Shown here: in pieces, positions 62,502 through 64,000 of the stretch | Numbering within the stretch: the first letter of the stretch is position 1 | Layout: every line of letters starts with the position of its first letter | Assembly: GCA_018818885.1 (NCBI GenBank) | Contig: JAHIRB010000018.1 | Span: 5,041-69,040 of the forward strand | DNA: 64,000 bases | Origin: Patescibacteria group bacterium | GTDB lineage: Bacteria > Patescibacteriota > Patescibacteriia > Buchananbacterales > SURF-54 | Reading direction: 5' to 3' | Notes under the pieces: model-generated | Database searches by the model: none | Seen by the model: the letters and a program-made list of their open reading frames with translations, nothing else | Told to the model about the DNA's origin: nothing | Program-made: the position numbers and the translations under genes

Positions 62502-64000
62502 TTAGAAATTAGTAAATTCACCCTTAAGATCTAGTCCTATAATTTCTGTATCAATTTTGAATTCAATGGTTTCGTATTGTGTCTGATTCTCATATCTATC
62601 GAGCATACATGGAAACTGCATTGGAACCGAAGCAGGCACTATTCCAGAAGTTGGTCCTGGGAAGTCTAGCCATATTGGAGGTTCACTTTGTAGAGACCAA
62701 TTTGCACCTGGAGGCCCATCAATATGAACTGGAGTAATAGGAAGAGGACATTGAGGATGAGCGTGGTCATAAACAAAACTAACTGCTGGTGGATACAATG
62801 ATGGAGAAGGTCCTCCGCCAATTAAGTCGTTGCCGTCACCTCCGTCGATAATCAAGTCGTCATCTGGACTTCCTATTAAAGTATCTGAGCCTTCTGCACC
62901 AATTAGATCATCACCACCACTACCATCAATCATCAGCGCATTGTCAGGTTCATCTGCTCCAGGTAAAGCAGTTATGCTTACAGTAAGAGGAATGGTATTG
63001 ATTAGATTTCCATCAGCATCATAAATAGTAATATGTCCAGCAGCAATATATGTTCCAGGAGCTGTAAACGAGCCACGATCAATTGTTACGTCAGAATCAT
63101 CTGGTAGCTGACCTCCTACTTGCGAAAAGTCCAACCAACCTGGAATGTTTCCGGTAATTTCGTATCTAGCTGAATCAGCAGATGCTGGTTGTAAGTTTAA
63201 TTGTCTTAATTTATTTGTTCCTTGAGCACCGATAACAATAACGTCAGAAATAAAAATCCCAACAGATTCTGCACCATCAGCAGGAGCAACACATTGAGCT
63301 GGCTTGCCAGAACAAATTTCTTCATTTTCGCATTCTTGTTTTTCTGCTGCACATTCTCCGCTGTCACAATACACCCAGCCTATTTCTGTTTCACTACAAC
63401 ACACTTTGGTAGTGTCACCGCAATCACTATCAGTTTGGCATTTACGTGGTCCGGCAGCCATATCTGTTCTTAATTCATTCATTTTTGCAGACAAACTATT
63501 AGCACCACCTAAGCCCTCATATTTACCACCTGCAACTGCTTGGTTGTAAAGTGATCGAAGTCTATTTATTTCTGCTTGTGTTTCTGGATCATAACCAGAA
63601 AAACTTCCAGTACATGCAGGACTTGCTGATTGTACTACTGTTCCTGTGCCACCTGTTGTTATACCACCTGCACCTACGCTTACTTTTGGAGCAGGTCTAT
63701 TGCATTCTTCTTCAAAAGCATCTAAAGCAGCGTGTTTTGATTTGTGAGCAGAGTTAGCATCATTAATAGCTTGAGTACGTGCACTTGCAGCTGCGCCTTC
63801 AGCTGTCTGTCGAGTTTGTTTAGCAGTCGCGTCACCATTTGCTAAATCAGCTTCGCATTTTGCTTTCTTACCTTCGTAAGTATCTTCTTTTGGAGGATTA
63901 TTTTGACAATCTTTCCAAACTTGTTTTGCATTCTCGTAAGTTTCAACATTTGCATCAGTTGGGTCGTTAATAGCAGTTTGCCCTGCTTTATAAGAATTTT
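62502..64000 (-). CDS. large secreted protein with RTX-type GGxGxDxLx calcium-binding repeats and Cys-rich modules (5' end beyond the window)
   Basis: The frame stays open on the minus strand to position 64000, with no stop. Repeats DGSGGDDLIGAEGSDTLIGSPDDDLIIDGGDGNDLIGGG. Cys-rich CQTDSDCGDTTKVCCSE...CENEEICSGKPAQC. The ORF track's TTG start at 63494 is internal. Confidence 0.55.
   Translation of the reverse strand, partial: NSYKAGQTAINDPTDANVETYENAKQVWKDCQNNPPKEDTYEGKKAKCEADLANGDATAKQTRQTAEGAAASARTQAINDANSAHKSKHAALDAFEEECNRPAPKVSVGAGGITTGGTGTVVQSASPACTGSFSGYDPETQAEINRLRSLYNQAVAGGKYEGLGGANSLSAKMNELRTDMAAGPRKCQTDSDCGDTTKVCCSETEIGWVYCDSGECAAEKQECENEEICSGKPAQCVAPADGAESVGIFISDVIVIGAQGTNKLRQLNLQPASADSARYEITGNIPGWLDFSQVGGQLPDDSDVTIDRGSFTAPGTYIAAGHITIYDADGNLINTIPLTVSITALPGADEPDNALMIDGSGGDDLIGAEGSDTLIGSPDDDLIIDGGDGNDLIGGGPSPSLYPPAVSFVYDHAHPQCPLPITPVHIDGPPGANWSLQSEPPIWLDFPGPTSGIVPASVPMQFPCMLDRYENQTQYETIEFKIDTEIIGLDLKGEFTNF

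Overview
The window is about 64 kb of compact, AT-rich bacterial chromosome, roughly one-third G+C judged by eye rather than computed. Gene content and style fit a reduced-genome, CPR/Patescibacteria-like organism: many small hypothetical and membrane proteins, pilT and pilB pilus ATPases, near-absence of Shine-Dalgarno (SD) sites on housekeeping genes, and 4-nt ATGA gene overlaps. That placement is an inference from gene content only.

Clear housekeeping genes:
- Pentose-phosphate and glycolysis block: rpiB, rpe, tkt, tal and pgi.
- Translation and RNA processing: infB-rbfA, rny, rnc, nusB, rpmF, rpsA and a DHH/DHHA1 NrnA-like phosphoesterase.
- Others: clpP, ftsH, gyrA with a lysine-rich N-terminal extension, tsaD and tsaE, HU, two CorA paralogs, a MATE efflux pump, a LOG-family protein and a PurD-like ATP-grasp enzyme.
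- A methionine-sulfoxide repair cluster (msrA, msrB, MsrP/YedY-like), an ECF sigma / anti-sigma pair, arsM, and a large RTX-repeat secreted protein that runs off the 3' edge.
- Four tRNAs called by hand: Gly-TCC, Cys-GCA, Lys-CTT and Arg-TCG.

Accessory and unusual content:
1. A dispersed class of at least 12 small ORFs (72-169 aa) with strong canonical SD sites, visibly higher G+C and mostly their own terminators, wedged between unrelated housekeeping genes. They include a three-gene operon carrying a duplicated Cys/His domain (CPxH...CxICxE) and a convergent paralog pair. The three-gene operon and one other single small ORF (52762-53133) share a TTGACA-17-TAAGGT promoter.
2. A candidate SAM-I (S-box) riboswitch with terminator, in front of one of these small ORFs, between clpP and rny.
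3. A 4.4-kb island downstream of tRNA-Gly. It carries a TrmB-like regulator, a Cys-rich small protein, a secreted protein, an ArsB/NhaD permease and a DinJ-YafQ toxin-antitoxin pair. Four 28-bp direct repeats follow consecutive ORFs, and each ends in the tRNA 3'-terminal core ACCCGCT. This looks like attachment-site remnants of serial integration or a cassette array without an integrase.
4. A second TrmB-like paralog sits next to arsM and diverges from two more Cys-rich small ORFs.
5. All four tRNAs are accompanied by truncated 5'-half pseudo-copies, and tRNA-Cys also by a 3'-end duplicate and 14-bp inverted flanks. GC-rich palindromic hairpin clusters surround them, including an identical 10-bp palindrome arm pair (AGGCGACATT / AATGTCGCCT) at two distant loci.
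6. An 80-100 bp palindromic intergenic repeat family with an AATACGAATATACGAAT core occurs three times in full and twice degenerate.
7. A 153-bp MITE-like element with perfect 17-bp terminal inverted repeats lies between the small-ORF operon and gyrA.

No rRNA, CRISPR array, transposase or integrase gene is visible in the window.
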